Assembly: GCA_029258885.1 (NCBI GenBank)
Contig: JAPDJW010000002.1
Location: forward strand, 384,001-448,000
From: Thermoproteota archaeon
Lineage (GTDB): Archaea; Thermoproteota; Thermoprotei; Thermofilales; B9-G17
Reading direction: 5' to 3'
Length of the DNA: 64,000 bases
The notes under the pieces were generated by a model. It made no database searches. It had not been told where the DNA came from and saw only the letters and a list, made by a program, of their open reading frames with translations. Within the stretch, counting starts at the first letter, position 1, and each line of letters opens with the position of its first letter. The translations under genes and the position numbers were made by a program. Positions 27,836 to 38,121 of the stretch are shown one piece after another.

Positions 27836-30526
27836 TTAAACATCTTTACGCGATCTAAAAGCCCTTGGTATTATGGCTTGACCCATACTTTTTGAGATTC
27901 TAGCCATAATGATTTCATGCAGTCTCTCGAGCACAAGCCGTTTATCTTCCATTAGCACCACATCCGATAGTCCTAGCAACACTATATTATGGCTGAACGG
28001 TGAAGGAACGTCGTTTTCCGGAAGAACAACCACCTTAATATCTCCCCTCTCTATTCTTCTTAGAACTTCCTTTGCATGACGTATATCCATGAAGTCCTCA
28101 AGAATCTCTCTAAAAGTCTCCTTGACTACAGGGAAATCCGGTATGTTTAAACATACCTGAAGCAGCGTTCTAGCCGACAATTGCTGCTTACTGACCTTAA
28201 TTTCATGACCCTTATAGTTTCTAAGTATCATTAGGCTCCTAACTGCAACGTGTCTAAATCTTCTCTGCATTAACTCGGTATTCTTAACAGCTTCCCTTAG
28301 TATACTATCGATGTTATCGGATGTAACGTCGGACAAATTTATTTTAGGCTTAACGTTAGGCGGAAAGATTAATGCGAAGCCGTGGTCGGTGACGGCTATA
28401 CCAACGTTTCTACCAACCTTCCTGCTAGCTACATAGGCATATGCTCTCGATAATGCATCGTTCGTCCTTCTGCCGTGGAGGGAGTGGAATACCACGTAGT
28501 GCCTACCATATTCATCGACATAATTCTCTATTAAAAGCACCTTATCCGATGGATAGTCCTTAATTCCCATGGACTTGAGAAATAGATATTCCTCAAGGAA
28601 GTACTCGTATATCGAGTTAGCGGCATTTAAATCGGTCCTGCAGTTCCTCATAATGTACTTCACTATGTAATCCCTATCCCTACCCTGCTTCAGCATTCTA
28701 AACATTTTCCTCCTAAACTTCCCTATCTCAACTGCTAGATCATAGCTTAACGGCAGCATTTCGGAGAACCAGCTGGGTACTGTAGGCTTGGAGTCGAATG
28801 CTGGTCTAACATAAGCCTTTACTCCACGTGCCTTAACGAATTCGTAGACCTTTCCTCCCAGGACAAACCTATCTCCAGGCATAAGCCTTTCAAGGAATTC
28901 TTCCTCGATATTGCCTACGTACCTGCCACTGAGTGTAAATACCTTTATAGCTACTTCGTCGGGTATGGTGCCCACGTTCAGGGAATATATAACCCTAGCA
29001 TACTTGCCTCGTCTACCGAAGACTCCATCCTCAGGGTCAAACCATATCTTGCCGTAAACCTTGTAGCTTTCAAGTTTCGAGTACCCGCCAGATAGGTATC
29101 TCAGTAGGTTTATGAAATCCTCTCTACTCAAATTACGGTAGCAGTAAGACCTCCTGATAAGCCTTAAAGCTTCATCCACAGTCCACTTCTTCTCTATAGC
29201 CATACCCATTACATGCTGTGCTAGGACGTCAAGGGCGTTCCTTGGGATCTGTATTTTATCAAGCCTACCCCTATATGCCTCCTTAACCATTACAGCACAT
29301 TCCACCAAGTCGTCTCTATCCATACAGATGAGCCTGCCTTTACTCGTAGCATGGAGCTTATGTCCACTTCTACCTATACGCTGAAGACATCTTATTATCG
29401 ACTTAGGTGAACCGAGCTGAGCAACTAAATCGATGTAGCCTATATCTATACCCAATTCAAGCGACGTTGAGCAGACGACACATTTAAGCTCTCCCCTCTT
29501 AAGTTTCTCCTCTACATCCAGCCTAATATTACGTGAAAGCGAACCATGGTGAGCAGCAATCTGGTCCTCATCTATATCTTTAACCTCCTTGGGCATAACC
29601 TGCTTCAAGTGGAAAACTACTCTCTCCGTACCGCTCCTAGTATTAGTAAATACCAGCGTTGTCCTGTGCTTCCTAATGAGATCTAGAAGCATCTCGTACA
29701 TTCTCCTAGACGTCTCAGCCGTCGGCGTATGTATTAGATCGGAGACCGGACATAGAACTTTAATATCCTTCCTCTTAATGTAGCTTGTATCAACGATTAT
29801 ACAGTCTCTAAGCCGTCCATCGTCCCTGTATCCCACAAGGAACTTAGCAACTTCCTCCAGTGGATTTATAGTGGCCGATAGACCTATTCTAACGAAATCT
29901 CTACCGATAAGGTTCACAAGCCTCTCCAGTGAAAGGGTTAAATGAACTCCCCTCTTATTTTCACAGAGCGAGTGTATTTCATCGACAATAACCCATTCAA
30001 TACTCTCGAGCTTCCGCCTAAATTTAGGTGCAACAAGCATTATGGCTAAGGATTCAGGCGTAGTAATGAGGATGTGTGGGGACTCCTTAAGCATCTTCTG
30101 ACGTACGTAAGATGGCGTATCACCCGTCCTAACAGCATGCCTAATCTCAGGCATTTCTATGCCTTTCCTCTCAGCGATTTCCCTAATCTCCCTAAGCGGA
30201 ACTTCAAGGTTCCTGTAGATATCGTTCGACAGCGCCCTGAGCGGTGAAATGTAGAGGGCATAGACCTTATTCTCAAGCTCCCCCCTAGAAGCCATATCGA
30301 AAAGCTTACTCAAAATACTGAGGAAGGCAGTAAGGGTCTTCCCTGTACCCGTGGGACTTGAAACAAGAACATTCTTATTCTCATATATGGGAACTATAGC
30401 ATACTCCTGAGGTGGAGTAAGCTTCTTAAACCTCCTCCCAAACCATTCTGCAACGAGAGGATTAAGTAGCCTTAAAACCTCATCCTTACTGTAACGCCTA
30501 GTAGCATAGGTAATCATTCCAATCAC
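27836..30526 (-). CDS. lhr: Archaeal Lhr-like SF2 ATP-dependent helicase
   Basis: SPTGTGKT, ITTPESL, VDEIH, HHGSLS, TSLELGIDIG, QRIGRSGH, SLNVGTIPD. Confidence 0.96.
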   Translation of the reverse strand: MIGMITYATRRYSKDEVLRLLNPLVAEWFGRRFKKLTPPQEYAIVPIYENKNVLVSSPTGTGKTLTAFLSILSKLFDMASRGELENKVYALYISPLRALSNDIYRNLEVPLREIREIAERKGIEMPEIRHAVRTGDTPSYVRQKMLKESPHILITTPESLAIMLVAPKFRRKLESIEWVIVDEIHSLCENKRGVHLTLSLERLVNLIGRDFVRIGLSATINPLEEVAKFLVGYRDDGRLRDCIIVDTSYIKRKDIKVLCPVSDLIHTPTAETSRRMYEMLLDLIRKHRTTLVFTNTRSGTERVVFHLKQVMPKEVKDIDEDQIAAHHGSLSRNIRLDVEEKLKRGELKCVVCSTSLELGIDIGYIDLVAQLGSPKSIIRCLQRIGRSGHKLHATSKGRLICMDRDDLVECAVMVKEAYRGRLDKIQIPRNALDVLAQHVMGMAIEKKWTVDEALRLIRRSYCYRNLSREDFINLLRYLSGGYSKLESYKVYGKIWFDPEDGVFGRRGKYARVIYSLNVGTIPDEVAIKVFTLSGRYVGNIEEEFLERLMPGDRFVLGGKVYEFVKARGVKAYVRPAFDSKPTVPSWFSEMLPLSYDLAVEIGKFRRKMFRMLKQGRDRDYIVKYIMRNCRTDLNAANSIYEYFLEEYLFLKSMGIKDYPSDKVLLIENYVDEYGRHYVVFHSLHGRRTNDALSRAYAYVASRKVGRNVGIAVTDHGFALIFPPNVKPKINLSDVTSDNIDSILREAVKNTELMQRRFRHVAVRSLMILRNYKGHEIKVSKQQLSARTLLQVCLNIPDFPVVKETFREILEDFMDIRHAKEVLRRIERGDIKVVVLPENDVPSPFSHNIVLLGLSDVVLMEDKRLVLERLHEIIMARISKSMGQAIIPRAFRSRKDV

Positions 30527-30590
30527 TATCTATACTACACTCCTAAATGTATCTAACCAGCAGAATAACCAGAGAAATACACCAGCAGAA

Positions 30591-31355
30591 CTATATTAAG
30601 CTTATGCGACGCACGACTTCATCACGCACCTCACTAAACGAAGGCAAAAACTTAACAAGCGGCTTCAGCTCAGAATACCATATACTCTCAATTATCTCTA
30701 TTCTCTTAAACAGTTGTTCTACGTTAAATTTTAAACCGTAGTATCTCAGTTTTTCCTCAATAAGCCATCTTCTAGGCTCAACTTCTCTTCTAAGCAGGAA
30801 CCATAGGTCGTATAGGTCTCTTGCTCTTGCTCGATACATTAAAGCTCTTACTTTCTCAGCTAAAATCTCCTCAGGATGCATAATAACAGCCAAATACGGC
30901 CTAAGATCCATATACAAAGGAACTATCTCCCTCACCACAGGCTTTAGAATAACCCTCTCCCTTAAACTTGCCTCAACCCTTATAGTTGATACCGAAGGTT
31001 CAGTACCGGTGTAAAGCGGTCCATTTATTTTAATGGTTATAGTCCTAGATACCTCGGTTCTCTTCACGGAAAATATCATGGATCGATAGCCGAATAAGGA
31101 TACGTCATCTACAACTTTTCCTAAAATATCCTCAACATCAACCTTGTTGTTCAAAGTAAAATCTAAGTCCAAGCTGAACCTATTTAATCCAAAAGCCTTC
31201 TGAAGTGCAGTACCGCCCTTCAATACAAGTTTTTCACTACCAGACTTACCGAATAAGAGCATGAGGATAAGATGCTGAAGATAATCCTTCTCAACCTGCC
31301 ATAGATTAAAGCCAATTACATCCACGTACCTCATGAGCTCTTTCCTGGTAAGCAT
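30591..31355 (-). CDS. AbiEii-family nucleotidyltransferase toxin (type IV TA)
   Basis: VEKDY, LVLKGGTAL...RFSLDLDF, EILAEKVRAL..R..ARDLYD. Confidence 0.93.
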   Translation of the reverse strand: MLTRKELMRYVDVIGFNLWQVEKDYLQHLILMLLFGKSGSEKLVLKGGTALQKAFGLNRFSLDLDFTLNNKVDVEDILGKVVDDVSLFGYRSMIFSVKRTEVSRTITIKINGPLYTGTEPSVSTIRVEASLRERVILKPVVREIVPLYMDLRPYLAVIMHPEEILAEKVRALMYRARARDLYDLWFLLRREVEPRRWLIEEKLRYYGLKFNVEQLFKRIEIIESIWYSELKPLVKFLPSFSEVRDEVVRRISLI

Positions 31356-32080
31356 TACTCTAGCACCTCATTAATTATAAGCTTCCATTTCTCATCCCTA
31401 CGTCCAACTGGCGGTAGCTGTGGATTCAGCAGACTATATCCCTTGAATTTCATAACCAGCCCTGATGCATCATATCCTGCAAGCTCTAATAGATATCCAA
31501 GTCTCCTAATGATGACCTGCGAGCTCATACGCCTAGCATAGTCAAATAGTTTATCCATATCTAGCTCAGCATTTTTAATAGCATAAAATGTCTCAGATAA
31601 TGGGCAGTATCTCGGTAGCCTAAGGCTATCAAGAATAGCCTTCTCTACTTCAGCAATAAACATAATTTTACTCTCAAGAAACTCCCGCTTATAGCCGAAG
31701 AATGCCTTATTCCCGAATTTAACGAATTTAATCAGGTAACCGGAGTATTCAATACTCCCCCTTCTTCTCAAACATACAACGTATATTATGTTAGGCATCT
31801 GTAGCGTTAAATTGTAGTAGCTTAGAGCTGAAATGAAGGAAATATATGAGGGAAAGACGATATTGCTTGCAACTAATAGAGGATTTGTATCTTTAAGAAC
31901 ATATCTATTCCTCTCGACCCTCACTAGTAAACCGGAGTTTACAGCCCTGGAAAGAAATACCTTAATATAGCTCCTCCTATGTCCCGTTATCTTGGATATA
32001 TCAGCTAAACTAAAGACGGGGCTGGCGTAGCTCTCAAGTAGTTTTATTAATTCAAAACTTTTCATAGTTATATTGTTCAT
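31355..32080 (-). CDS. AbiEi-family antitoxin / transcriptional regulator
   Basis: N-terminal wHTH (LVRVERNRY), SYISFISALSYY, EKAILD; coupled to the toxin gene. Confidence 0.9.
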   Translation of the reverse strand: MNNITMKSFELIKLLESYASPVFSLADISKITGHRRSYIKVFLSRAVNSGLLVRVERNRYVLKDTNPLLVASNIVFPSYISFISALSYYNLTLQMPNIIYVVCLRRRGSIEYSGYLIKFVKFGNKAFFGYKREFLESKIMFIAEVEKAILDSLRLPRYCPLSETFYAIKNAELDMDKLFDYARRMSSQVIIRRLGYLLELAGYDASGLVMKFKGYSLLNPQLPPVGRRDEKWKLIINEVLE

Positions 32081-32170
32081 ATATATGTATATAAGGTTAT
32101 CATTTTCGATAACCTCATATACATGAAAATTCCCTAAAATATAATTTTTATACTGTAATTAAGAAGTATA

Positions 32171-33328
32171 CTACGTTGGAATTTTCTCTTCCTCAGGTGG
32201 ATTCCAGTTTTTAGCAACTTTAGCTAGCCGCTTAAATAATAGCCTATTTTTCCTCTCAGCCTTATCCATAAGCCTACTAAGGAAGGATATTATCTCATCA
32301 TATGTTTCCTTGTCAACGGGAAATGGTACTCCATCCTTTCCTCCAACTGCGTAAGCGAACTTAAATGGATCAACAGGATGAGTAACTGGGTCCTTCCATG
32401 AAGGTGGTGTCTCGTAAATTAGCTCAGCCACTAGAGCCAGCCCCCTTAATGTACTTGGTCCAAACCCCTTAACCAGCAACAGATCTGAAAAACTGTCAAC
32501 CGATATTTCTCTAGCAATGCTGAGTGCGGCTTTATTTATGGATACCTTGCCTAAAGACCTGTATTTCTTAACAGAACTGGATACCTTCTTGAAGTCATAC
32601 GGGGTATAATATGACAATAGGGTATTACCCCTTGCAATCGCAAGTATAGTTTTAATATACCTTTCGATGGTTGAAGCTTTTTCTCCGGCTAGGTCGATAA
32701 TTGTTCTCCTGAATTCGTCAATTCTCCTCGCCACAGTATTTAATGCATAGGTGTGTTTAATGCCGCTGATAGCCTTATGGGGTTCACGTTCAAAACTCTC
32801 TAAAGTACCTGAGAACCAATGAAACCTCCTAGCCATCCTAACATCAGGATTCATACCCTGCTGAACAACAGCCCAATTACCCTCATTATCCACGAAGAAC
32901 GTATGATGATACAGCGTATATCCACACTGTATTGCAACGTTATCAACTTTTGCAACAAGCCTAGATATACGTATAAATTCATCGGCATTTAAGCCATAGC
33001 TTGAACATATGCTTTTAAGCTCATCTGGTGTCCTCCTAGATTTCTTTCCCTTACCTCCAGCGGCCTTTATACCTATATTATCCTCAGATAATACCTGCTT
33101 AATAATTCCGCATGTAACTGTGGTTGAGCCCGAGCTATCCCAATCCATACCGATGAGATTATTTAAAGCTTGAAACCACACTGGATCAGATAACCGCTCC
33201 AAAACACCCTTAGTTCCATACTCGTCTGTAAGTATCTTTAAAACTATTCTCGTAAGCTTAATCATACGATTAGCTAGCCAATACGGAACTACGCCTCTAT
33301 GAAGCGGTAGATCAGCGTATCCGCGCAT
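32171..33328 (-). CDS. DUF763-family conserved protein
   Basis: ADLPLHRG.VP.WL, GMDWDSSGSTT, AVVQQGMN, KFAYAVGGKDGVPFPVD. Confidence 0.88.
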   Translation of the reverse strand: MRGYADLPLHRGVVPYWLANRMIKLTRIVLKILTDEYGTKGVLERLSDPVWFQALNNLIGMDWDSSGSTTVTCGIIKQVLSEDNIGIKAAGGKGKKSRRTPDELKSICSSYGLNADEFIRISRLVAKVDNVAIQCGYTLYHHTFFVDNEGNWAVVQQGMNPDVRMARRFHWFSGTLESFEREPHKAISGIKHTYALNTVARRIDEFRRTIIDLAGEKASTIERYIKTILAIARGNTLLSYYTPYDFKKVSSSVKKYRSLGKVSINKAALSIAREISVDSFSDLLLVKGFGPSTLRGLALVAELIYETPPSWKDPVTHPVDPFKFAYAVGGKDGVPFPVDKETYDEIISFLSRLMDKAERKNRLLFKRLAKVAKNWNPPEEEKIPT

Positions 33329-33459
33329 AGTTACATGTTATATCCTAGATATCATCTAAGTAAACTTTTCGTTAAGTAAACTGCAAGTATTTCATGTAGC
33401 TATATGAAGAAATATTTAGAAAGATAGATTCCTAATAATTCATGGTAAACTAGTAAACC

Positions 33460-34560
33460 CTAGTTACTTTTCCTTTTAATTACATCCCACGTTCTAGGGT
33501 CTTCATGTCCAATCCTCCATGCAGCGAACTTATATATTCCCATTTCAACAGCTATACTTATCCTCAATTCAGTACTTTTAGCCGTCTGAAACCACACCTC
33601 GTGCTCCTCACTATTTAGTCTATACTTGAAGGTAGCCTCCCCGCTATTTAAATCAAAAACTATCTTAGCACCATACTTCTCTGCAAGACTTATTGATTGA
33701 TTAAAGGATACACCCTTGCCTCTACCTCCAATTGGCCAATCATACCCATAGAACGGTATTCCAGCAACAATTTTTTCCTTAGGAACTGTCGATAAAGCAT
33801 ACTCTAGGACTTTCTTAAACCAGTTGATCGGGGAGATTGGTCCCGGCTGGCTTCCAGAGTAGTGATAGTCGTAAATCATTATAATGAATAGGTCGGTATA
33901 GTTTGCAAGAGCACTATAGTCGTATGCCCCGCTCCATCCACTATACGTTTCGGAGGTTTTAGCAACGACATCTATCGAGACTATCTTATCATATTCCTTC
34001 AGCTTTAAGTATAGTAGTCTCATGAACTCGGTTAAATTATCCCTATCCTCAGGCGGTATATTCTCGAAGTCGATATTAACGCCGTCATAGCCGCGCTTAA
34101 TGACTAGTTTCACGATATCGTCGATAACCTTATCCCTAATATCGGGATCAGATAGAATCTTATGTATTAGGTCTCTTTTAAAGCCCTTATTGGCTATAAG
34201 AGGAAGAACCTTAACTCCCCACTCACGGCACTTATAGACTAGCTCCTCAACATAGGTTCTCTCAATCAAGCTAAAGTTCTCGTCAATATAATACCAGACG
34301 GGTGAAACCCAGGTAAATCTATCATGCTTATCGTAGAAGACGGCTATGCTATTTGGATCGTAGTCCACAACCCAGCCGAGAAACTCTACTTCAAAGCTCT
34401 TAAGATCCTTATAGGATTCATCCAGGGGGATAGGCTTAATATTCCTCACCTCAACCCACGGTAAAACCTCAGGCATAAACATATATAAAAACATTATCAC
34501 ATTAAAAATGAAAGCAAGTAGGAAGAGGACGATAATAATCTTTCTCAAGATAAACCCCAA
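33460..34560 (-). CDS. Membrane-anchored glycoside hydrolase family 18
   Basis: N-terminal TM segment; GYDGVNIDFE catalytic motif; IMIYDY, GIPFYGYDW, WRIGHED. Confidence 0.9.
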   Translation of the reverse strand: MGFILRKIIIVLFLLAFIFNVIMFLYMFMPEVLPWVEVRNIKPIPLDESYKDLKSFEVEFLGWVVDYDPNSIAVFYDKHDRFTWVSPVWYYIDENFSLIERTYVEELVYKCREWGVKVLPLIANKGFKRDLIHKILSDPDIRDKVIDDIVKLVIKRGYDGVNIDFENIPPEDRDNLTEFMRLLYLKLKEYDKIVSIDVVAKTSETYSGWSGAYDYSALANYTDLFIIMIYDYHYSGSQPGPISPINWFKKVLEYALSTVPKEKIVAGIPFYGYDWPIGGRGKGVSFNQSISLAEKYGAKIVFDLNSGEATFKYRLNSEEHEVWFQTAKSTELRISIAVEMGIYKFAAWRIGHEDPRTWDVIKRKSN

Positions 34561-34611
34561 TTAAAGATACCTAACAAACATATTAAATTTCTTGAGCGTG
34601 CTAGTTTCCCT

Positions 34612-35487
34612 CTATTTGCCAATCCTTTTATGGACTATAATACCGGATACTATTAATGTTAAACCGATGATAGTTGAGGAAGATATGGTTTCGCCCACCG
34701 TTAAACGTATGAAGAGGAGGGAGATAAAGGGCACAACGTATATAAGGTTACTTATATATGCCGTTTTCTTCGATAGGGTTAGTGCCTTAAGCCATAGAAG
34801 AAATGTTACACCCATTTCAAATAATCCAATATAAATTGCGCCAGCTAGTCCCTCAAATGGCACAGCTAGCGGAATAGAGTTGAGTAGAATGATGGCATAA
34901 ATATAAATGGTGCCGAACAGGAAGTTCAGGAATAATTTCAAAATTTCATCACGTTTATCCCTGACATTTAGCGTCCAGTAGAAAGCCCAAATAAACGCGC
35001 TACATAAGGCATAAAATACGCCCGAGTATTTAAATGCCGTGTACTCTATAGCTCTAGCACCAGATATAACTACTACAACTCCTATAAAGCTGACTAGTAG
35101 GGCAGCTATTTCCTTCAACCCTACCCTCTGGCTAAGAATTATAGTTGATAGCAGGGCTATAGCTATAGGCCAGGTATAGTTTAAGGATTGAGCTATCTGA
35201 GCTGGCAGCAGAGAATATGCCTTAAACAGTACAGTGTAGTAGAGGAGTGGATTCAGGAAGCCTAGAAGCGCCGAATACATGTAATCCCTTAAACTATACA
35301 ACCTAAGCATATCCACCTTATTAAATGCAACAATAGCTACTGAAAACACTATAAACGACGTTATGGATGAATAGAAGAGCATCTGCAGAACATTTAGGTA
35401 GTGTAACGTTATCTTAAATGCAGAGGCAACGGTAGACCATAAAAGAATTACCGTAATAGCGTAGCAATACGCCCTATCTAAACGCAT
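34612..35487 (-). CDS. EamA/DMT-family transporter
   Basis: Two EamA repeats; LLWSTVASAFK, LNYTWPI, GLFEMGVTFLLW. Confidence 0.92.
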   Translation of the reverse strand: MRLDRAYCYAITVILLWSTVASAFKITLHYLNVLQMLFYSSITSFIVFSVAIVAFNKVDMLRLYSLRDYMYSALLGFLNPLLYYTVLFKAYSLLPAQIAQSLNYTWPIAIALLSTIILSQRVGLKEIAALLVSFIGVVVVISGARAIEYTAFKYSGVFYALCSAFIWAFYWTLNVRDKRDEILKLFLNFLFGTIYIYAIILLNSIPLAVPFEGLAGAIYIGLFEMGVTFLLWLKALTLSKKTAYISNLIYVVPFISLLFIRLTVGETISSSTIIGLTLIVSGIIVHKRIGK

Positions 35488-35512
35488 ACCTAAATAATAC
35501 GGTTCCTCAGCT

Positions 35513-37183
35513 TTAATACTTCCTAGTTATTGAAACATAGTATAGCGAGGTTAGTGAAGTTGCTGCCAGCGATAAGAGCAGTATAAAGTTTACAATACCC
35601 ATTGACTCTAGACCACAATATAGAATCCAAGCTAATCCTAAGCCTATCCTCTCAATACCTAGAAACACCGTCATAGAGCCAATCATTATCATAACCTGAA
35701 TTAACGATAGCAACAGTAGTAATGTATTATATAGCCTATTATACTTCTTAATCCTACTAAAGAGAGGAGTAGCGAATACCGTTGGGGTGACTATAAACAG
35801 GCTGCCAACGGGGTTGAATATAGACACTACAACAGCTTCAATGAAAAGTACAAGCTTAGATACCAGCCTTAAGGCGGAGGCTATCTCGTAATCCACCTTT
35901 ATTCTCGGAGCGACAATAATCCTTAATAAAATAATATATAATATCGTTGATGCAGCAACTATGTAGTGTAGGTATTCAAATAGCCTTATCCCTCGGGTAA
36001 ACCAAAGCGCTAGAACTACAGCTTCCGGCGCCATATAGGTGAGCATAAACGTGAGCAGAAACATCGAGAATAAAACTATAGGATACATAGATATCCTAGC
36101 GCCAGCCTTAATGTCATAAATTAGGGATACCAGCAATGGAATGCATAGCGAGAGCGCAAGCAAGTATATGATTGGCTCGCCTATAAAGCCGCTATCAAGG
36201 AAGAGGTAATTTACACCATATGATCCGATATCAGCTCTATCAACAGTTAGCACAAACCTCTCGAGAAACTCACCAACATACTGTAGCCTTTCAGGGGAAA
36301 CCTTATCAATGCTATCCTCGGGTGTATGCCAGTATGGATATAGCGGGTAGTCGCCTATACCAACAGCAGGTATTCCAGCATCAATGAACGGCATAGAATC
36401 CGTTCCTGCAGTAGCTAAGCCGAGCCTATAGACGACCTGTTCAAGGAAGCCGTTCGGAGTAAATACTTCAATTTTAACGTTATAACCAAGCTTCTCCAGC
36501 TGAAACATTACTAGGAGTATATTGGCGTCACTAGCCCTATATGACCAACTTATAAAGGCATACAACCCGATACCCGTCGAATTACGCCAGCCACACATGT
36601 CGATGCTGACAGCATACCTAACCTTATCGATCTCAGGAAAACTTCTAACAAAATTTTCAGCTCCATGCAGTCCAGTTTCCTCAGAGTCCGAAACTAGGAA
36701 GATAATCGAATATCGAGTATCCCTATCCTTAAGAGCCCTTGCAAGCTCTAGGAGAATTGCAACGCCAGCACCGTTATCATTAGCTCCCTCAATAGTCCTG
36801 GGAACAATATCCCTATGAGCCACGAGGACTATGTACTCATCGGTTAAGCCGTGCTTTACAGCATATACATTAATTCCAACAACGCTTTCACGTTTAAAAT
36901 TAACAGTAGAGAAGTTAATCACATAGGTCTCCAAGTCTAGGGATTTAAAGTAGTCCTCAACCCAAAGTGCAGCTAACGAGTCATTCAAGGTACCAACTAC
37001 CCTATACTTGTAATTACGTACTAAATGCTTCAATAACGAATAGGCTTTAGTGCCGTTAAAACACGTGTCACCGCTATAGACGTCGATATTAATATTTGTT
37101 TGAAGGCTTAAAACTAGGATAATTAACGGAATAATATATGAGACTGCAAAAACATTTTTCTTCATCGAAAAACACCATGTCAT
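35513..37183 (-). CDS. M28-family Zn peptidase with signal peptide and C-terminal TM bundle
   Basis: VAHRD, GANDNGAGVA, SEETG, SIDM, YWHTPED. Confidence 0.9.
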   Translation of the reverse strand: MTWCFSMKKNVFAVSYIIPLIILVLSLQTNINIDVYSGDTCFNGTKAYSLLKHLVRNYKYRVVGTLNDSLAALWVEDYFKSLDLETYVINFSTVNFKRESVVGINVYAVKHGLTDEYIVLVAHRDIVPRTIEGANDNGAGVAILLELARALKDRDTRYSIIFLVSDSEETGLHGAENFVRSFPEIDKVRYAVSIDMCGWRNSTGIGLYAFISWSYRASDANILLVMFQLEKLGYNVKIEVFTPNGFLEQVVYRLGLATAGTDSMPFIDAGIPAVGIGDYPLYPYWHTPEDSIDKVSPERLQYVGEFLERFVLTVDRADIGSYGVNYLFLDSGFIGEPIIYLLALSLCIPLLVSLIYDIKAGARISMYPIVLFSMFLLTFMLTYMAPEAVVLALWFTRGIRLFEYLHYIVAASTILYIILLRIIVAPRIKVDYEIASALRLVSKLVLFIEAVVVSIFNPVGSLFIVTPTVFATPLFSRIKKYNRLYNTLLLLLSLIQVMIMIGSMTVFLGIERIGLGLAWILYCGLESMGIVNFILLLSLAATSLTSLYYVSITRKY

Positions 37184-37271
37184 AGGCTAGTATTTATAGT
37201 GATTTCTACTGCTTATTTATGTATTCTTCTAGAAAAGTACATTTAAAGCTCTTAGCGGCAAGTCTAACCCG

Positions 37272-37920
37272 CTAGCTATTATATAACTCTAGTAGGAAGA
37301 AGAGTAGTTTCTCCCTATCTACTACCTGAACATCGATTTCATACGCATTCCTATAATAGTATACCTTACCATATTTCCTAAACATATGCTCCTGAACTAT
37401 TTGCTCATATAATGCTGACTCAAGATACGGCGTACCCGTCCAGTCTGAAAAAAAGCTGGAGAAGCAAGGGATCCCGGAAAAAGAACTTTTTCTCCCGCCG
37501 ATAGAGGATCCTCCTCTGTCTAAGGTAAGCCACGTTAATTAAGTAGAGGTCACAGAAGAACTCTATATAGCTTTGAACAACCTTATAGGAATACCCAGAG
37601 GTCCTTGTAGCGAGAGCCCTATAGCTCGCTGAAGATGGGGAAGTAGATATAATAGATGATAGTACCTCTCTTGCTATTTCAAGACTTCTACCATATCGCA
37701 CTATTTCACCGATATAGGCAGACAGAATATCATCATACGGGTATTCATTTATACTTGGAGGAAATCCCCCAGTTACAATATACTTCTCAAATAACTCCTC
37801 TATCTCCCCCGGATGTAGTTCAGGCTCGATATTGTACAACCTAACGTATTCTGAAAAACTTAAAGGCATAACCTCAATCGTAACTCCTTCTCTCTCCTAC
37901 CGGGAAAAAACTCCACATCC
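37272..37920 (-). pseudogene. Truncated, frameshifted AAA+ ATPase of DUF4143 type
   Basis: FPGRR / EVMPLSF..Y / YIVTGGFP / REKKFFFRDPL; then a frameshift at the A7 run (37448-37454) into ESALYEQIVQEH..YYYRNAYEID. No N-terminal Walker A. Confidence 0.75.
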
Positions 37921-37921
37921 C

Positions 37922-37958
37922 GTCTAACTTAATCCCTGGTGGGGGGATTAAGTCTAGA
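37922..37958. repeat. Imperfect inverted repeat / hairpin
   Basis: ACTTAATCCC (37927-37936) and GGGATTAAGT (37944-37953) are perfect reverse complements, extendable with TCTA/TAGA across one gap. Confidence 0.7.
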
Positions 37959-38121
37959 TAGAAAGCCAGATATCATGAGAACTTATATTTCTCAAAAATA
38001 TAAAAATTGCGAATTTAATATTCTCACAATAATATATAAACATTGAGAAAAACTTATATCTTCACTATATATTTAATTACCTCCTATAGCATAATTAAAA
38101 AAATAACTACTTAAACTGAAT

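Noticed and set aside
5472-30526. Inteins in atpA or lhr
   Set aside because: Both proteins have normal length and no intein splice or LAGLIDADG motifs.
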